From Bacteroidota bacterium (GTDB lineage Bacteria > Bacteroidota > Bacteroidia > UKL13-3), in NCBI GenBank assembly GCA_947460345.1, contig CANHGM010000001.1, positions 132,744 through 196,743 of the forward strand: DNA of 64,000 bases. The letters run 5' to 3'. Every line of letters starts with the position of its first letter. Position 1 is the first letter of the stretch. The position numbers and the translations under genes were made by a program. Of this stretch, positions 30,110 to 39,461 are shown piece by piece. The notes below the pieces were generated by a model. It saw only the letters and a program-made list of their open reading frames with translations. It did not search any database and had not been told where the DNA came from.

Positions 30110-30262
30110 TTATTTTTTCAATCTTTCTAATTTAACCTTATACTCATCAATTCCAATTTTCAATCTCAATACTTCTTTCTTTTTAGGGTCTTTCTCTTCT
30201 TGTAATTTTATTCTATTTTTCGTTATTCTATCCTCAATTTGTCTAATCTTTTCAAAATTCAT
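30110..30262 (-). CDS. Small basic coiled-coil-like protein, 50 aa, alanine-free (not in the supplied ORF track)
   Basis: My translation: MNFEKIRQIEDRITKNRIKLQEEKDPKKKEVLRLKIGIDEYKVKLERLKK*. It starts 10 nt after the stop of the 72-aa ORF. Confidence 0.65.
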   Translation of the reverse strand: MNFEKIRQIEDRITKNRIKLQEEKDPKKKEVLRLKIGIDEYKVKLERLKK

Positions 30263-30272
30263 TTCATAAAAA

Positions 30273-30491
30273 TTATATTTTATCTAATCTCTCAATTAGT
30301 GTCTCTTCCATCAACTGGAAGAGTATTTCCTTTTTGTAGAGGTGTTGGTTTTTGTAAATAACATAGTCATTATTTGAAACTCGTTTTATATCTCTTTTGA
30401 GTTTTGACCTATGGGTTTTTACAATAGACTGAATGGTGTTGAAGTCATATAAACCATCACTTCCGTTTATTCTGTATTCTACTATTTTCAT
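30273..30491 (-). CDS. Small hypothetical protein, alanine-free, possible HTH/excisionase-like DNA-binding protein
   Basis: 72 aa with an ATG start overlapping the upstream ORF. LYDFNTIQSIVKTHRSKLKRDIK resembles a helix-turn-helix followed by a wing (weak inference). Confidence 0.6.
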   Translation of the reverse strand: MKIVEYRINGSDGLYDFNTIQSIVKTHRSKLKRDIKRVSNNDYVIYKNQHLYKKEILFQLMEETLIERLDKI

Positions 30492-30753
30492 ATAGTTTTT
30501 TTATTTTTTTATACTCATTGATGAGGTCATCAATTTTGTCTTCCTCATTCTCTTCAATGGGTTCTTCTGATGTTTGGTCTTCCTCATCTTGAATATTTTT
30601 TTTGAGTTTTCTTAATCTGTTTTCATCAAACTCAAAATCATCTTCTGTTTGTGGTTCAACCTCATCTTGGGTTTCATCTTCAATTTTTGGATTAGGATAT
30701 TTCTCTAAAATGAATTTGATAAAATCGGTCTGAATGTGTTTTCCTTTTCTCAT
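30457..30753 (-). CDS. Acidic low-complexity hypothetical protein, alanine-free
   Basis: 98 aa with an ATG start, a D/E-rich centre and basic ends. First gene of the island operon. Confidence 0.6.
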   Translation of the reverse strand: MRKGKHIQTDFIKFILEKYPNPKIEDETQDEVEPQTEDDFEFDENRLRKLKKNIQDEEDQTSEEPIEENEEDKIDDLINEYKKIKKLYENSRIQNKRK

Positions 30754-30901
30754 AAGAGTTGTAATTATTTTTTAGTCCAACCTTGGTTGGATTACTCTTA
30801 TATGTATTGAGATAGAAAAGTTGAGTTTGAGAAGAAAGGATTTTTTATAGAAAAAGGAAACGATAAAATGTTACACACATTTGTTTTACACTATAAAATC
30901 A

Positions 30902-30949
30902 AAAAAAGAGTATAAAATATTGATTGTCAATATATTTATACTCTTTTTT
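30902..30949 (-). terminator. Long hairpin downstream of tRNA-Ala
   Basis: aaaaaagagtataaa-atattga-ttg-tcaatat-a-tttatactctttttt. Confidence 0.7.
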
Positions 30950-30963
30950 GGGTTGGTAAATTG

Positions 30964-31037
30964 TGGAGAATATCGGAGTCGAACCGATGACCTCTTGCAT
31001 GCCATGCAAGCACTCTAGCCAGCTGAGCTAATCCCCC
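30964..31037 (-). tRNA. tRNA-Ala(GGC)
   Basis: Reverse complement GGGGGATTAGCTCAGCTGGCTAGAGTGCTTGCATGGCATGCAAGAGGTCATCGGTTCGACTCCGATATTCTCCA. It has a G3:U70 pair, anticodon GGC, a GTTCGA T-loop and no encoded CCA. A TAAATTTG -7 element lies at 31054-31047. Confidence 0.97.
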
Positions 31038-31138
31038 TTGATGCTACAAATTTATGTGTTTTAGTGTATACCTAATAATATTTCTGCTTTTTGTAGCTAT
31101 AGCAATTTAAATACATGAACCATTGTAAAGCCCACAAC

Positions 31139-31170
31139 AAAAAAGCCACTACACTGGTAATGGCTTTTTT
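31139..31170 (-). terminator. recA intrinsic terminator
   Basis: aaaaaagcca...tggctttttt hairpin just past the recA stop. Confidence 0.75.
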
Positions 31171-31192
31171 AGATTTTTATAACTCAATATAC

Positions 31193-32221
31193 TTATGCAT
31201 CTACCTCTACTTTTACCTTTACGCCGCCTGAGAATGCCTTCTCTTTTATTTTCATTTCTATTTCTTCGGCAAGTTCGGGGTTGTCTTCTAACATCTTCTT
31301 CACTGAATCTCTGCCTTGCCCAATTTTTGTGTCGTTATAGCTAAACCATGAACCACTTTTTTTGATGATTTCATAATCTACACCTAAGTCTACTATTTCG
31401 CCATTTTTAGAGATACCCTCGCCATACATAATATCAAACTCTACTACTCTGAATGGAGGTGCTACTTTGTTTTTGGCAATTTTAACCTTAGTTCTATTTC
31501 CTACTATTTCAGTTCCGTCTTTTATTTGTCCAATTCTTCTGATGTCTAACCTTACTGAAGCATAAAACTTTAAAGCATTACCACCCGTAGTGGTTTCAGG
31601 GCTGCCAAACATTACTCCAATTTTTTCTCTCAATTGGTTGATGAATATACAACAACAGTTGGTTTTGTTGATGGTACCTGTTAGTTTTCTAAGAGCTTGG
31701 CTCATCAAACGGGCTTGTAACCCCATTTTGCTGTCGCCCATTTCTCCTTCAATCTCGGCACGAGGAACCAATGCCGCTACAGAGTCGATCACGATGATAT
31801 CTATAGCTCCTGATCTGATTAAGTTATCTGCTATTTCTAAGGCTTGCTCTCCGTCGTCAGGTTGTGAGATGAGTAAGTTAGCAGTGTCTATGCCTAAACG
31901 CTCAGCATAAGCTTTGTCGAAAGCATGCTCTGCGTCTATAAATGCTGCCATACCGCCTTGTTTTTGAGCTTCGGCAATGGCGTGCATAGACAATGTTGTT
32001 TTTCCTGAAGACTCAGGACCATATATTTCTATTACTCTACCTTTGGGCAAACCACCAATGCCTAATGCTATATCTAAGCCTAATGAACCCGTAGGCAATG
32101 CTTCTACATTCTCTACTTTGTCATCGCTTAGTTTCATGATAATGCCTTTGCCAAACTGCTTTTCAAGCCTCTCTAATGTTGCTTGTAAAGATTTACTTTT
32201 TTCGTTATCTGCTGATGCCAT
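31193..32221 (-). CDS. recA: Recombinase RecA
   Basis: GPESSGKTT Walker [26 protein letters not shown] and [10 protein letters not shown] motifs. Confidence 0.99.
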   Translation of the reverse strand: MASADNEKSKSLQATLERLEKQFGKGIIMKLSDDKVENVEALPTGSLGLDIALGIGGLPKGRVIEIYGPESSGKTTLSMHAIAEAQKQGGMAAFIDAEHAFDKAYAERLGIDTANLLISQPDDGEQALEIADNLIRSGAIDIIVIDSVAALVPRAEIEGEMGDSKMGLQARLMSQALRKLTGTINKTNCCCIFINQLREKIGVMFGSPETTTGGNALKFYASVRLDIRRIGQIKDGTEIVGNRTKVKIAKNKVAPPFRVVEFDIMYGEGISKNGEIVDLGVDYEIIKKSGSWFSYNDTKIGQGRDSVKKMLEDNPELAEEIEMKIKEKAFSGGVKVKVEVDA

Positions 32222-32368
32222 ATCGTTTTTTAAATTACTTAGTTTTACGTTTGAATTTGAGCCTACAAAAAACCACTATAATATTCAGCTTATATTAACC
32301 AACTTTACACAAAATAAAGTGGATAAACCCTGAAAGTTATAATTTATAATTAGAAAAATGAAGACTAA

Positions 32369-33019
32369 CTACCTCAAATCTAGTACTTCAACCCCAGGAT
32401 ACTGCTTTTTGGTAAAGGTAAAGAAATTGTCTTTGATTTTGATGTGGCCTTGGAACTTGTTTATTTCATAGGTATATATATTTCCATTCTTGTCAAAAAT
32501 TTTAGACCTCACAATCTGACTCAATGATTTATCGATATATAGTTTCAATTTAAAATAGCTTTTCTTCTTATCTGTGGGTGTTAATTCTACTAATTGTATA
32601 ATCTTACCCTTTTCTGTTTTTTCTTCAATAAACTGACTTAAAAAACCCTTCTCATATACCATGAATAACTTAGAAGGATTGATCTCTGCTGAGTTGGGGT
32701 CATAATCGCTAATCTGCACTTCGTTATTGTCTTTGTTATAGTTCCACAAAGTTTTGTTGTCGCATATAATGGTAAGAGGGCCCATTTCTAATTTGTATTT
32801 GCCTTGCTTTACATAGAGCAATCCTTTTTTGTTTATGTTCAGCTTGTCTTTTTTGTTCTCTAATACATATACAAAATCTGCTTTATAACTCTTAAAAGAC
32901 TTGTATTTGGTAGCTATGGTTTTTAAAATTTGTTCGGCTTTTTTGTCTTGAGCATGTGCCATGTTCAAACTGAAAGCTAAGAAACAAATAATAATTAAAT
33001 ATTTAGAGTATAATTTCAT
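32369..33019 (-). CDS. lolA: Outer-membrane lipoprotein carrier protein LolA family
   Basis: Signal peptide, G.L.VK..KY.L, D..TLW.Y....NEV.I, and a C-terminal F.F....YP.VEV.DLR typical of Bacteroidota LolA. Confidence 0.85.
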   Translation of the reverse strand: MKLYSKYLIIICFLAFSLNMAHAQDKKAEQILKTIATKYKSFKSYKADFVYVLENKKDKLNINKKGLLYVKQGKYKLEMGPLTIICDNKTLWNYNKDNNEVQISDYDPNSAEINPSKLFMVYEKGFLSQFIEEKTEKGKIIQLVELTPTDKKKSYFKLKLYIDKSLSQIVRSKIFDKNGNIYTYEINKFQGHIKIKDNFFTFTKKQYPGVEVLDLR

Positions 33020-33076
33020 GGTATGGTACAAAATTAAGTACTTTTAAAGTAAGTTATATGTTAAAAAATCAAAGGC

Positions 33077-33113
33077 AAAAAAAAGCCCGCAATGACTATT
33101 TGCGGGCTTTTTT
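33077..33113 (-). terminator. sdhCAB intrinsic terminator
   Basis: aaaaaaaagcccgcaa...ttgcgggctttttt. Confidence 0.85.
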
Positions 33114-33126
33114 GTATTCATATATT

Positions 33127-33873
33127 CTAGTCTTCTAACAATGAGGTAGAAAGATATTCTCTATTCATTCTTGCAATGTTAGTGATGGAAATCTCTTTAG
33201 GACATTCAGCACTACAAGCACCTGTGTTGGTACAAGCACCAAATCCTTCTTCATCCATCTGAGCAACCATTTTCTGAACCCTTATTTTACGTTCTATTTG
33301 ACCTTGAGGTAATAAAGCATATTGAGATACTTTAGCTCCTACAAATAACATAGCCGAAGCGTTTTTACAAGCAGCCACGCAAGCACCACATCCAATACAA
33401 GAAGCAGCATCCATTGCTAAATCTGCCTTTTCTTTCTCAACTGGCAAGTTATTGGCATCCTGCACTTGTCCTGTATTTACTGACACAAAACCACCAACAG
33501 CTTGAATCCTGTCAAACGCAGTTCTGTCTACTATTAAGTCTTTTAATACTGGGAATGCTTTAGCTCTAAATGGCTCTACATGTATAGTTTCGCCATCAGT
33601 AAAGTTTCTCATCATCAATTGGCAAGTGGTAGTACCTTTTAATGGGCCATGAGCTCTACCATTAATATACATACTACACATTCCGCATATACCTTCTCTA
33701 CAATCGTGGTCAAATGCAACCGGTGCTTCGCCTTTTCTAATGATATCTTCGTTCAACACATCTATCATTTCTAAGAAAGACATATCAGGATTGACATTGT
33801 CTATTTTATAATCAACCATTTTACCAGGCGTATTCGTATTTGGTTGACGCCATACTTTTAAATTAAATTTCAT
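33127..33873 (-). CDS. sdhB: Succinate dehydrogenase/fumarate reductase iron-sulfur subunit
   Basis: [17 protein letters not shown]...C and CTNTGAC...CP Fe-S motifs. Confidence 0.97.
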   Translation of the reverse strand: MKFNLKVWRQPNTNTPGKMVDYKIDNVNPDMSFLEMIDVLNEDIIRKGEAPVAFDHDCREGICGMCSMYINGRAHGPLKGTTTCQLMMRNFTDGETIHVEPFRAKAFPVLKDLIVDRTAFDRIQAVGGFVSVNTGQVQDANNLPVEKEKADLAMDAASCIGCGACVAACKNASAMLFVGAKVSQYALLPQGQIERKIRVQKMVAQMDEEGFGACTNTGACSAECPKEISITNIARMNREYLSTSLLED

Positions 33874-33886
33874 TGTATTATATATT

Positions 33887-35803
33887 TTATTTATAACTAC
33901 GAACTTGTAATTTTATGTTTTCAAATTTCAAATCTTCTCTGTGCATTACTGGATCAGTGTTTTCACCTTTGTGCTCCCATGCTGCTACATATGAGAATAA
34001 GTCATCGTTTCTTTTGGCTTCTCCTGCATCTTGATACTCTGTTCTGAAGTGTCCACCGCATGACTCATTTCTGTTAAGAGCGTCCACTATCATCAACTCT
34101 CCTAGTTCTAAGAAGTCTGCAACTCTCATGGCTTTTTCTAAGTCAGGGTTTAACTCGTCATTTTTACCGGTTACTTTTACATCTTTCCAAAACTCTGCTC
34201 TAAGCTCTTGAACCATCACTCTTGCTTTGGTTAAACCTTCTGCAGTTCTTGCCATTCCGCAATAGTCCCACATAATTTTACCTAATTTTTTATGGAAATC
34301 ATCAACTGTTTGGTTACCATTGATAGACAATAATTTCTCTATTCTCTCTTTGGCTCTATTGGCAGCAGCTTCAAACTCAGGATGGTCAGTATCTATAGCT
34401 TTGGTGAATATTTCATCAGCCAAGTAATTTCCAATAGTATATGGTAGTACGAAATATCCATCAGCCAATCCTTGCATCAATGCTGAGGCACCAAGACGGT
34501 TGGCACCATGATCACTAAAATTACACTCACCAGCAGCATATAAACCTGGTACAGTGGTCATCAGGTTGTAATCAACCCAAAGTCCGCCCATGGTATAATG
34601 CACCGCTGGGTATATACGCATAGGAACTTCGTATGGATTCTCACCGGTGATGTGGTGATACATATCAAACAGATTACCATATCTAGCTTCTACCACTGAT
34701 TTGCCAAGTCTTCTAATCGAATCAGCAAAATCTAAGTATACAGCTAGTCCCGATTCTCCAACACCTCTACCATCGTCACAAGCTTCTTTTGCGGCACGAC
34801 TAGCTATGTCTCTAGGTGCCAAGTTTCCAAATGATGGATACTTACGCTCTAAGTAATAATCTCTATCGTCTTCAGCAATATCTTGTGGACGTTTTTTGCA
34901 ATCTTCTTGCTTTTTAGGAACCCAAACTCGTCCATCATTTCTCAATGATTCTGACATCAACGTTAATTTTGATTGATAATCTCCACTCACAGGAATACAA
35001 GTTGGGTGGATTTGAGTATAACAAGGGTTGCCGAAAAATGCACCAGATTTATGGGCTTTCCAAGCAGCTGTTACATTACAACCCATGGCATTGGTTGATA
35101 AGAAAAACACATTACCGTATCCGCCGGTTGCTAATACAACAGCGTGACCAAAGTGTTTTTCTAATTCACCGGTAACCATGTTTCTGGCAATAATACCTCT
35201 GGCTTTTCCGTCTATTTTAACCACTTCAACCATTTCATGTCTTCCGAATTGTTCTATATTTCCCAATCCTACCTGACGCATCATAGCTGAGTATGCACCT
35301 AATAATAATTGTTGCCCAGTTTGTCCTCTCGCATAAAAAGTACGACTTACTTGTGCACCGCCAAACGAACGGTTATCTAATAAACCTCCATAATCTCTAG
35401 CAAAAGGCACCCCTTGAGCTACACACTGGTCTATAATGCTTGCACTTACTTCAGCAAGTCTGTATACATTGGCTTCACGTGCTCTAAAGTCACCGCCTTT
35501 TATAGTATCATAAAACAAACGGTATACTGAGTCGCCATCATTTTTATAATTTTTGGCAGCGTTAATACCCCCTTGAGCAGCAATACTATGAGCTCTTCTT
35601 GCACTGTCTTGGTAACAAAATGTTTTTACTTTATATCCCAATTCTGCTAAAGATGCAGCTGCTGCACCACCTGCTAACCCTGTTCCAACTACTATTACTT
35701 CTAATTTACGTTTGTTTGCAGGATTTACTAATTTAACTTTAGATTTATATGTTTCCCATTTCTTTTCTAATGGGCCTTCTGGAATTTTTGAATCAAGTAT
35801 CAT
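33887..35803 (-). CDS. sdhA: Succinate dehydrogenase/fumarate reductase flavoprotein subunit
   Basis: [32 protein letters not shown] and HGANRLG motifs. Confidence 0.97.
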   Translation of the reverse strand: MILDSKIPEGPLEKKWETYKSKVKLVNPANKRKLEVIVVGTGLAGGAAAASLAELGYKVKTFCYQDSARRAHSIAAQGGINAAKNYKNDGDSVYRLFYDTIKGGDFRAREANVYRLAEVSASIIDQCVAQGVPFARDYGGLLDNRSFGGAQVSRTFYARGQTGQQLLLGAYSAMMRQVGLGNIEQFGRHEMVEVVKIDGKARGIIARNMVTGELEKHFGHAVVLATGGYGNVFFLSTNAMGCNVTAAWKAHKSGAFFGNPCYTQIHPTCIPVSGDYQSKLTLMSESLRNDGRVWVPKKQEDCKKRPQDIAEDDRDYYLERKYPSFGNLAPRDIASRAAKEACDDGRGVGESGLAVYLDFADSIRRLGKSVVEARYGNLFDMYHHITGENPYEVPMRIYPAVHYTMGGLWVDYNLMTTVPGLYAAGECNFSDHGANRLGASALMQGLADGYFVLPYTIGNYLADEIFTKAIDTDHPEFEAAANRAKERIEKLLSINGNQTVDDFHKKLGKIMWDYCGMARTAEGLTKARVMVQELRAEFWKDVKVTGKNDELNPDLEKAMRVADFLELGELMIVDALNRNESCGGHFRTEYQDAGEAKRNDDLFSYVAAWEHKGENTDPVMHREDLKFENIKLQVRSYK

Positions 35804-35861
35804 GTTATATATTGATTTAGATTGAATGATAAATTTTATAAAACGCTATTAAAAAAATCCT

Positions 35862-36665
35862 TTATTTTAAAAAGAAGTACAAAGGCATAGCAGCAAAACC
35901 AGCGGTGATGGCTATAGAGAAAAACCAACCTATGGTTTTAATAACGGGCACATACTTTCGATGGTTTACGCCCAAACTTTGCCAAGCACTTTGAAAACCG
36001 TGTAATAAGTGGAAAGCCAAAGCTATCATGGCAATTAAATAAAGTATCACTATTGCAGGTTCTTTAAATTCTTCAGCTACTTCAGCATACAAATCTTTAT
36101 ATATTACTTGTTTGTATTCAGAAATTTTAGGGTCGTAAGCTCCACCTGATGCAGCCATTTTCTTTTTAATTTCTTCGACATATGATTGCCATAAGGTATC
36201 TGTCATGGTTTTGTGTTCTCCATCTTGCACAAACTCAACATATTTTGCTTTTGGCATTTCTCCATTGTGATATTCCCACCAAAAATCTTTCATATGGAAA
36301 ACTAAAAACACCAAGATAATGGTTCCCAAAATACCCATATTTCTGCTGCTCCAAGCACTGTTTTTGTCAGGACTGTTTTTTACATAGCCTTGAGGGCGTG
36401 CTTTTTTATTATATATTGTTAAAAGCAACGATTGTATAATATGTATAATAAAAGTTGCATATAATAGATAAGAAACTGTTTTGATTAAAGGGTTGTGTGT
36501 CATAAACACAGAATACATATTAAACGAAAACCCACCATCATCTTTAAAAAGTTGAAAATTCCCTGAAACGTGAACTACAAGGAACAAACAAAGGAATAAA
36601 CCTGTAAGTGCCATGACTAATTTACGGCCTAATGTTGACGTAAATGCTTTTGTAAACCAATTCAT
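35862..36665 (-). CDS. sdhC: Succinate dehydrogenase cytochrome b subunit
   Basis: S.LGRKLVMALTGLFL..FL..H..GN and HL.HGFQSA.QSLG motifs. First gene of sdhCAB. Confidence 0.95.
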   Translation of the reverse strand: MNWFTKAFTSTLGRKLVMALTGLFLCLFLVVHVSGNFQLFKDDGGFSFNMYSVFMTHNPLIKTVSYLLYATFIIHIIQSLLLTIYNKKARPQGYVKNSPDKNSAWSSRNMGILGTIILVFLVFHMKDFWWEYHNGEMPKAKYVEFVQDGEHKTMTDTLWQSYVEEIKKKMAASGGAYDPKISEYKQVIYKDLYAEVAEEFKEPAIVILYLIAMIALAFHLLHGFQSAWQSLGVNHRKYVPVIKTIGWFFSIAITAGFAAMPLYFFLK

Positions 36666-36852
36666 TAATGTATATAATTTTTGTTAATTATTGTTCTGCG
36701 AAACTACAATTCAAACAAGCGAGAGACAAATGTGGTTTTAAAATATTATTTGTTTAGAATGATTTTAAACAAGTACCTATTTTAGGTATATATCTATCTG
36801 AAATTAAAGAAATATCAAATAAAAAGCAATAATTTTATATTCAATATTTTTA

Positions 36853-38163
36853 CTATTGTCTTCTTAAGATATTCACTTCTTGCTCACTCAACAATCGCCA
36901 CTGTCCTCTTTTCAAGCTTGTTTTGGTCAAGCCTGCAAAATAAGTTCTATCCAATTTGTCTACTTTATAACCCAATGATTCGAACATGCGATGCACGATT
37001 CTGTTTCTACCACTATGTATTTCGACAAACAAGGTTTTTTTGTCGTCAGTGCTTTTAAACTCTAAAGCATCAGCATGAATAGGTCCATCTTCTAATTCAA
37101 CACCTTCTAATAATTTTTGTTTGTCAGCAAGTTTAAAGTTTTGGTCCAATTGAGCAATATATACTTTTTTGATACCAAATTTTGGATGCGTAAGTTTGTT
37201 AGATAAATCACCATCATTGGTTAAAAGCAACACACCCGTAGTGTTTCTATCGAGCCTACCTACCGGAAAAATTCTTTCTTTAGTAGCATCTTTCACCAGT
37301 TCCATGATGGTATTTCTACCTTCAGGATCGTCAGTGGTGGTGATTACATTCTTAGGTTTATTAATGAGCACATAAACTTTCTTTTCTACCTTAACTCTAG
37401 CATCGCCATAACTAATCTCATCTTTTTGAGGGTTTACTTTAGTTCCTAATTCAGTAATTATTTTGCCATTTACTTTTACAAGACCGGCTGTAATCATCAC
37501 ATCAGCTTCTCTTCTTGAGGCAATACCTGCATTAGATAAAAACCTATTAAGCCTGATACTCACATCAACATTATCTGGATAGAAATCGCTTTCATCACCA
37601 GCACTTTTTCGTGATTTTAGTTTTATTGGCTCTTCTTTTAAGATTATGCGTTTGCCTTTAGGGACCCAATCTTTAGATTTGCTATCACTTTCGTTTCTTT
37701 TAGTATAAGAGCGTTTTTCGTATCCACCTCTGTCAGGTTTTGAAAAACTTCTACGCTCAGTTGAGCCTCCTCTGTCACCCTCATCTCTTTTGGTATATGG
37801 GCGTTTTTCGTATTCGCCGGTATTTGAATCTTCTCTCTTAGTAAATGGGCGTTTAGGGCGGTCTTCATATCCACCTCTGTCAGGTTTTGAAAAACTTTTA
37901 CGCTCGGTTGAGCCTCCTCTGTCACCCTCATCTCTTTTGGTATATGGGCGTTTTTCGTATCCGCCGGTATTAGAATCTTCTCTCTTAGTAAATGGGCGTT
38001 TAGGGCGGTCTTCAGCACCCCTTCTTTCAGGTTTACTATACCCCTTACTGCTTTCTGAAGGCTTAGAAAATTTAGGCTTAAATTTAGATTTGTCTGTATC
38101 GGGCTTTCTGCTTCTGCCTTTGTTGTCGTCTTTGTTGTTTTTGCTAGTAAATGGTCTTGACAT
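36853..38163 (-). CDS. rRNA pseudouridine synthase (RsuA/RluB family) with repetitive N-terminal extension
   Basis: S4 domain RLNRFLSNAGIASRREAD and catalytic GRLDRNTTGVLLLTNDG. ATG start at 38163. Confidence 0.93.
   Translation of the reverse strand: MSRPFTSKNNKDDNKGRSRKPDTDKSKFKPKFSKPSESSKGYSKPERRGAEDRPKRPFTKREDSNTGGYEKRPYTKRDEGDRGGSTERKSFSKPDRGGYEDRPKRPFTKREDSNTGEYEKRPYTKRDEGDRGGSTERRSFSKPDRGGYEKRSYTKRNESDSKSKDWVPKGKRIILKEEPIKLKSRKSAGDESDFYPDNVDVSIRLNRFLSNAGIASRREADVMITAGLVKVNGKIITELGTKVNPQKDEISYGDARVKVEKKVYVLINKPKNVITTTDDPEGRNTIMELVKDATKERIFPVGRLDRNTTGVLLLTNDGDLSNKLTHPKFGIKKVYIAQLDQNFKLADKQKLLEGVELEDGPIHADALEFKSTDDKKTLFVEIHSGRNRIVHRMFESLGYKVDKLDRTYFAGLTKTSLKRGQWRLLSEQEVNILRRQ
37720..38013 (-). 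repeat. Near-perfect 147-bp (49-codon) tandem duplication inside the pseudouridine synthase N-terminus
   Basis: gtaaatgggcgtttagggcggtcttca occurs at 37841 and 37988. The peptide EDRPKRPFTKREDSNTG.YEKRPYTKRDEGDRGGSTER.SFSKPDRGGY appears twice. Confidence 0.9.
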
Positions 38164-38283
38164 TTCTTTATAAAAAATAAGCTGCAAAAATATAGTAAAA
38201 TACTGATAACCATGCAAAACATTTCAAAGGTTTTTAAATTCAACTAAAACACATTACGTTTGTAGCTAAAAATATATATCAAA

Positions 38284-39228
38284 ATGTCAATACCTTCAGT
38301 TGATTTATCAAAATTTATACATGGCGACCAACATTCTAAAAGCGAATTTATAAGAGAACTTGGTGAAGCCTATGAAAATATTGGTTTTGTAGCAGTTAAA
38401 AATCATTTGTTTAGTTATGAAGTAGAAAAGGAATTATATAAACAAGTGAAAGCTTTTTTTGATTTACCTCAAGAAATCAAACAAAAATACGAAATAGAAG
38501 GACTAGCTGGCCAACGAGGCTATACCTCTTTTGGACGTGAACATGCCAAGGGTTCAAGTGTTGGAGATTTGAAAGAGTTTTGGCATTTTGGGCAAACAAT
38601 AGAAGATAATGACCCAATTAAATCAGAATATCCAGACAATATATTTGCAGAAGAACTGCCTGAATTTAATAAAATTGGGATAGAAGCTTATAAAACCATG
38701 GAAAAAACAGGTACCTATATGCTTAGAGCCATTGCTTTGTTTTTAGGATTAGATGAATTCTATTTTGATCAAAAAATACACCATGGCAATAGTATTTTAA
38801 GACCCATACATTATGGACCCATTGAGGGAGAGCCCAAAAACGCTGTGAGATCTGGACAGCACGAAGATATAAACCTCATCACTTTATTAATGGGAGCTAG
38901 TGCTGATGGACTAGAGGTTTTAAATAAAAAAAATGAATGGGTAGGAGTAACATCACTACCTGACCAAATTGTAGTGAACGTAGGCGACATGCTCCAACGA
39001 TTAACTAATAATAGGCTTCGTTCAACTACACACAGGGTAGTGAATCCACCAAAAGAAATGTGGGGTTCTTCAAGATATTCTATCCCATTTTTCCTTCATC
39101 CACGAAGCGAGATGAGGCTAGATTGCTTAGAATCTTGTATTACCGAGTCAAATCCAATTCATTATAGCCCAATAAGTGCAGGAGAATATTTAGACGAAAG
39201 ATTAAGAGAGATTGGATTAAAAAAATAA
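38284..39228 (+). CDS. Isopenicillin N synthase-family 2OG-Fe(II) oxygenase
   Basis: GQRGY, HEDINLITLL (HxD), VNVGDMLQRLTN...STTHRV and RYSIPFF motifs. Confidence 0.93.
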   Translation: MSIPSVDLSKFIHGDQHSKSEFIRELGEAYENIGFVAVKNHLFSYEVEKELYKQVKAFFDLPQEIKQKYEIEGLAGQRGYTSFGREHAKGSSVGDLKEFWHFGQTIEDNDPIKSEYPDNIFAEELPEFNKIGIEAYKTMEKTGTYMLRAIALFLGLDEFYFDQKIHHGNSILRPIHYGPIEGEPKNAVRSGQHEDINLITLLMGASADGLEVLNKKNEWVGVTSLPDQIVVNVGDMLQRLTNNRLRSTTHRVVNPPKEMWGSSRYSIPFFLHPRSEMRLDCLESCITESNPIHYSPISAGEYLDERLREIGLKK

Positions 39229-39252
39229 TCTATATTTTTAATTGATTTAAAG

Positions 39253-39260
39253 TATATTTG
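39253..39260 (+). promoter_or_regulatory. Bacteroidota sigma-A -7 element of the riboswitch/metH transcript
   Basis: TATATTTG matches TAnnTTTG, immediately before the aptamer. Confidence 0.65.
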
Positions 39261-39263
39261 CAC

Positions 39264-39370
39264 CACTTATCAAGAAAGACGGAGGGACGAGGCCCTATGA
39301 TGTCTTAGCAACCCAAGCAGTTGGGTGCTAATTCCTACCCTATCATAAGTGTTGAGGGAGAGATAAGAAG
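39264..39370 (+). ncRNA. SAM-I riboswitch
   Basis: P1 CTTATC...GATAAG, ATCAAGA, GAGGGA..GGCCC kink-turn/pseudoknot region, GCAACC and GGTGCTAATTCC. Lies upstream of methionine synthase. Confidence 0.93.
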
Positions 39371-39461
39371 TATAATTATACACTTTTCTCCTCTTCTTTT
39401 TTGATAAATTATTATGTCATTGCTTAACACAATGAAGAACCAAACACATAAAAAATCAAAA

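Larger units (their letters stand above)
29643..30963. mobile_element. Small tRNA-Ala-associated genomic island remnant, free of GpC, with no integrase
   Basis: Abuts the tRNA 3' end, has an abrupt dinucleotide anomaly, carries only small orphan ORFs, and has an att-like degenerate repeat at its far end. Confidence 0.7.

Noticed and set aside
37644-38243. 199-aa (-) and 127-aa (+) alternative-frame ORFs over the pseudouridine synthase N-terminus
   Set aside because: They are by-products of the stop-poor tandem repeat in the real gene and show no independent coding signal.
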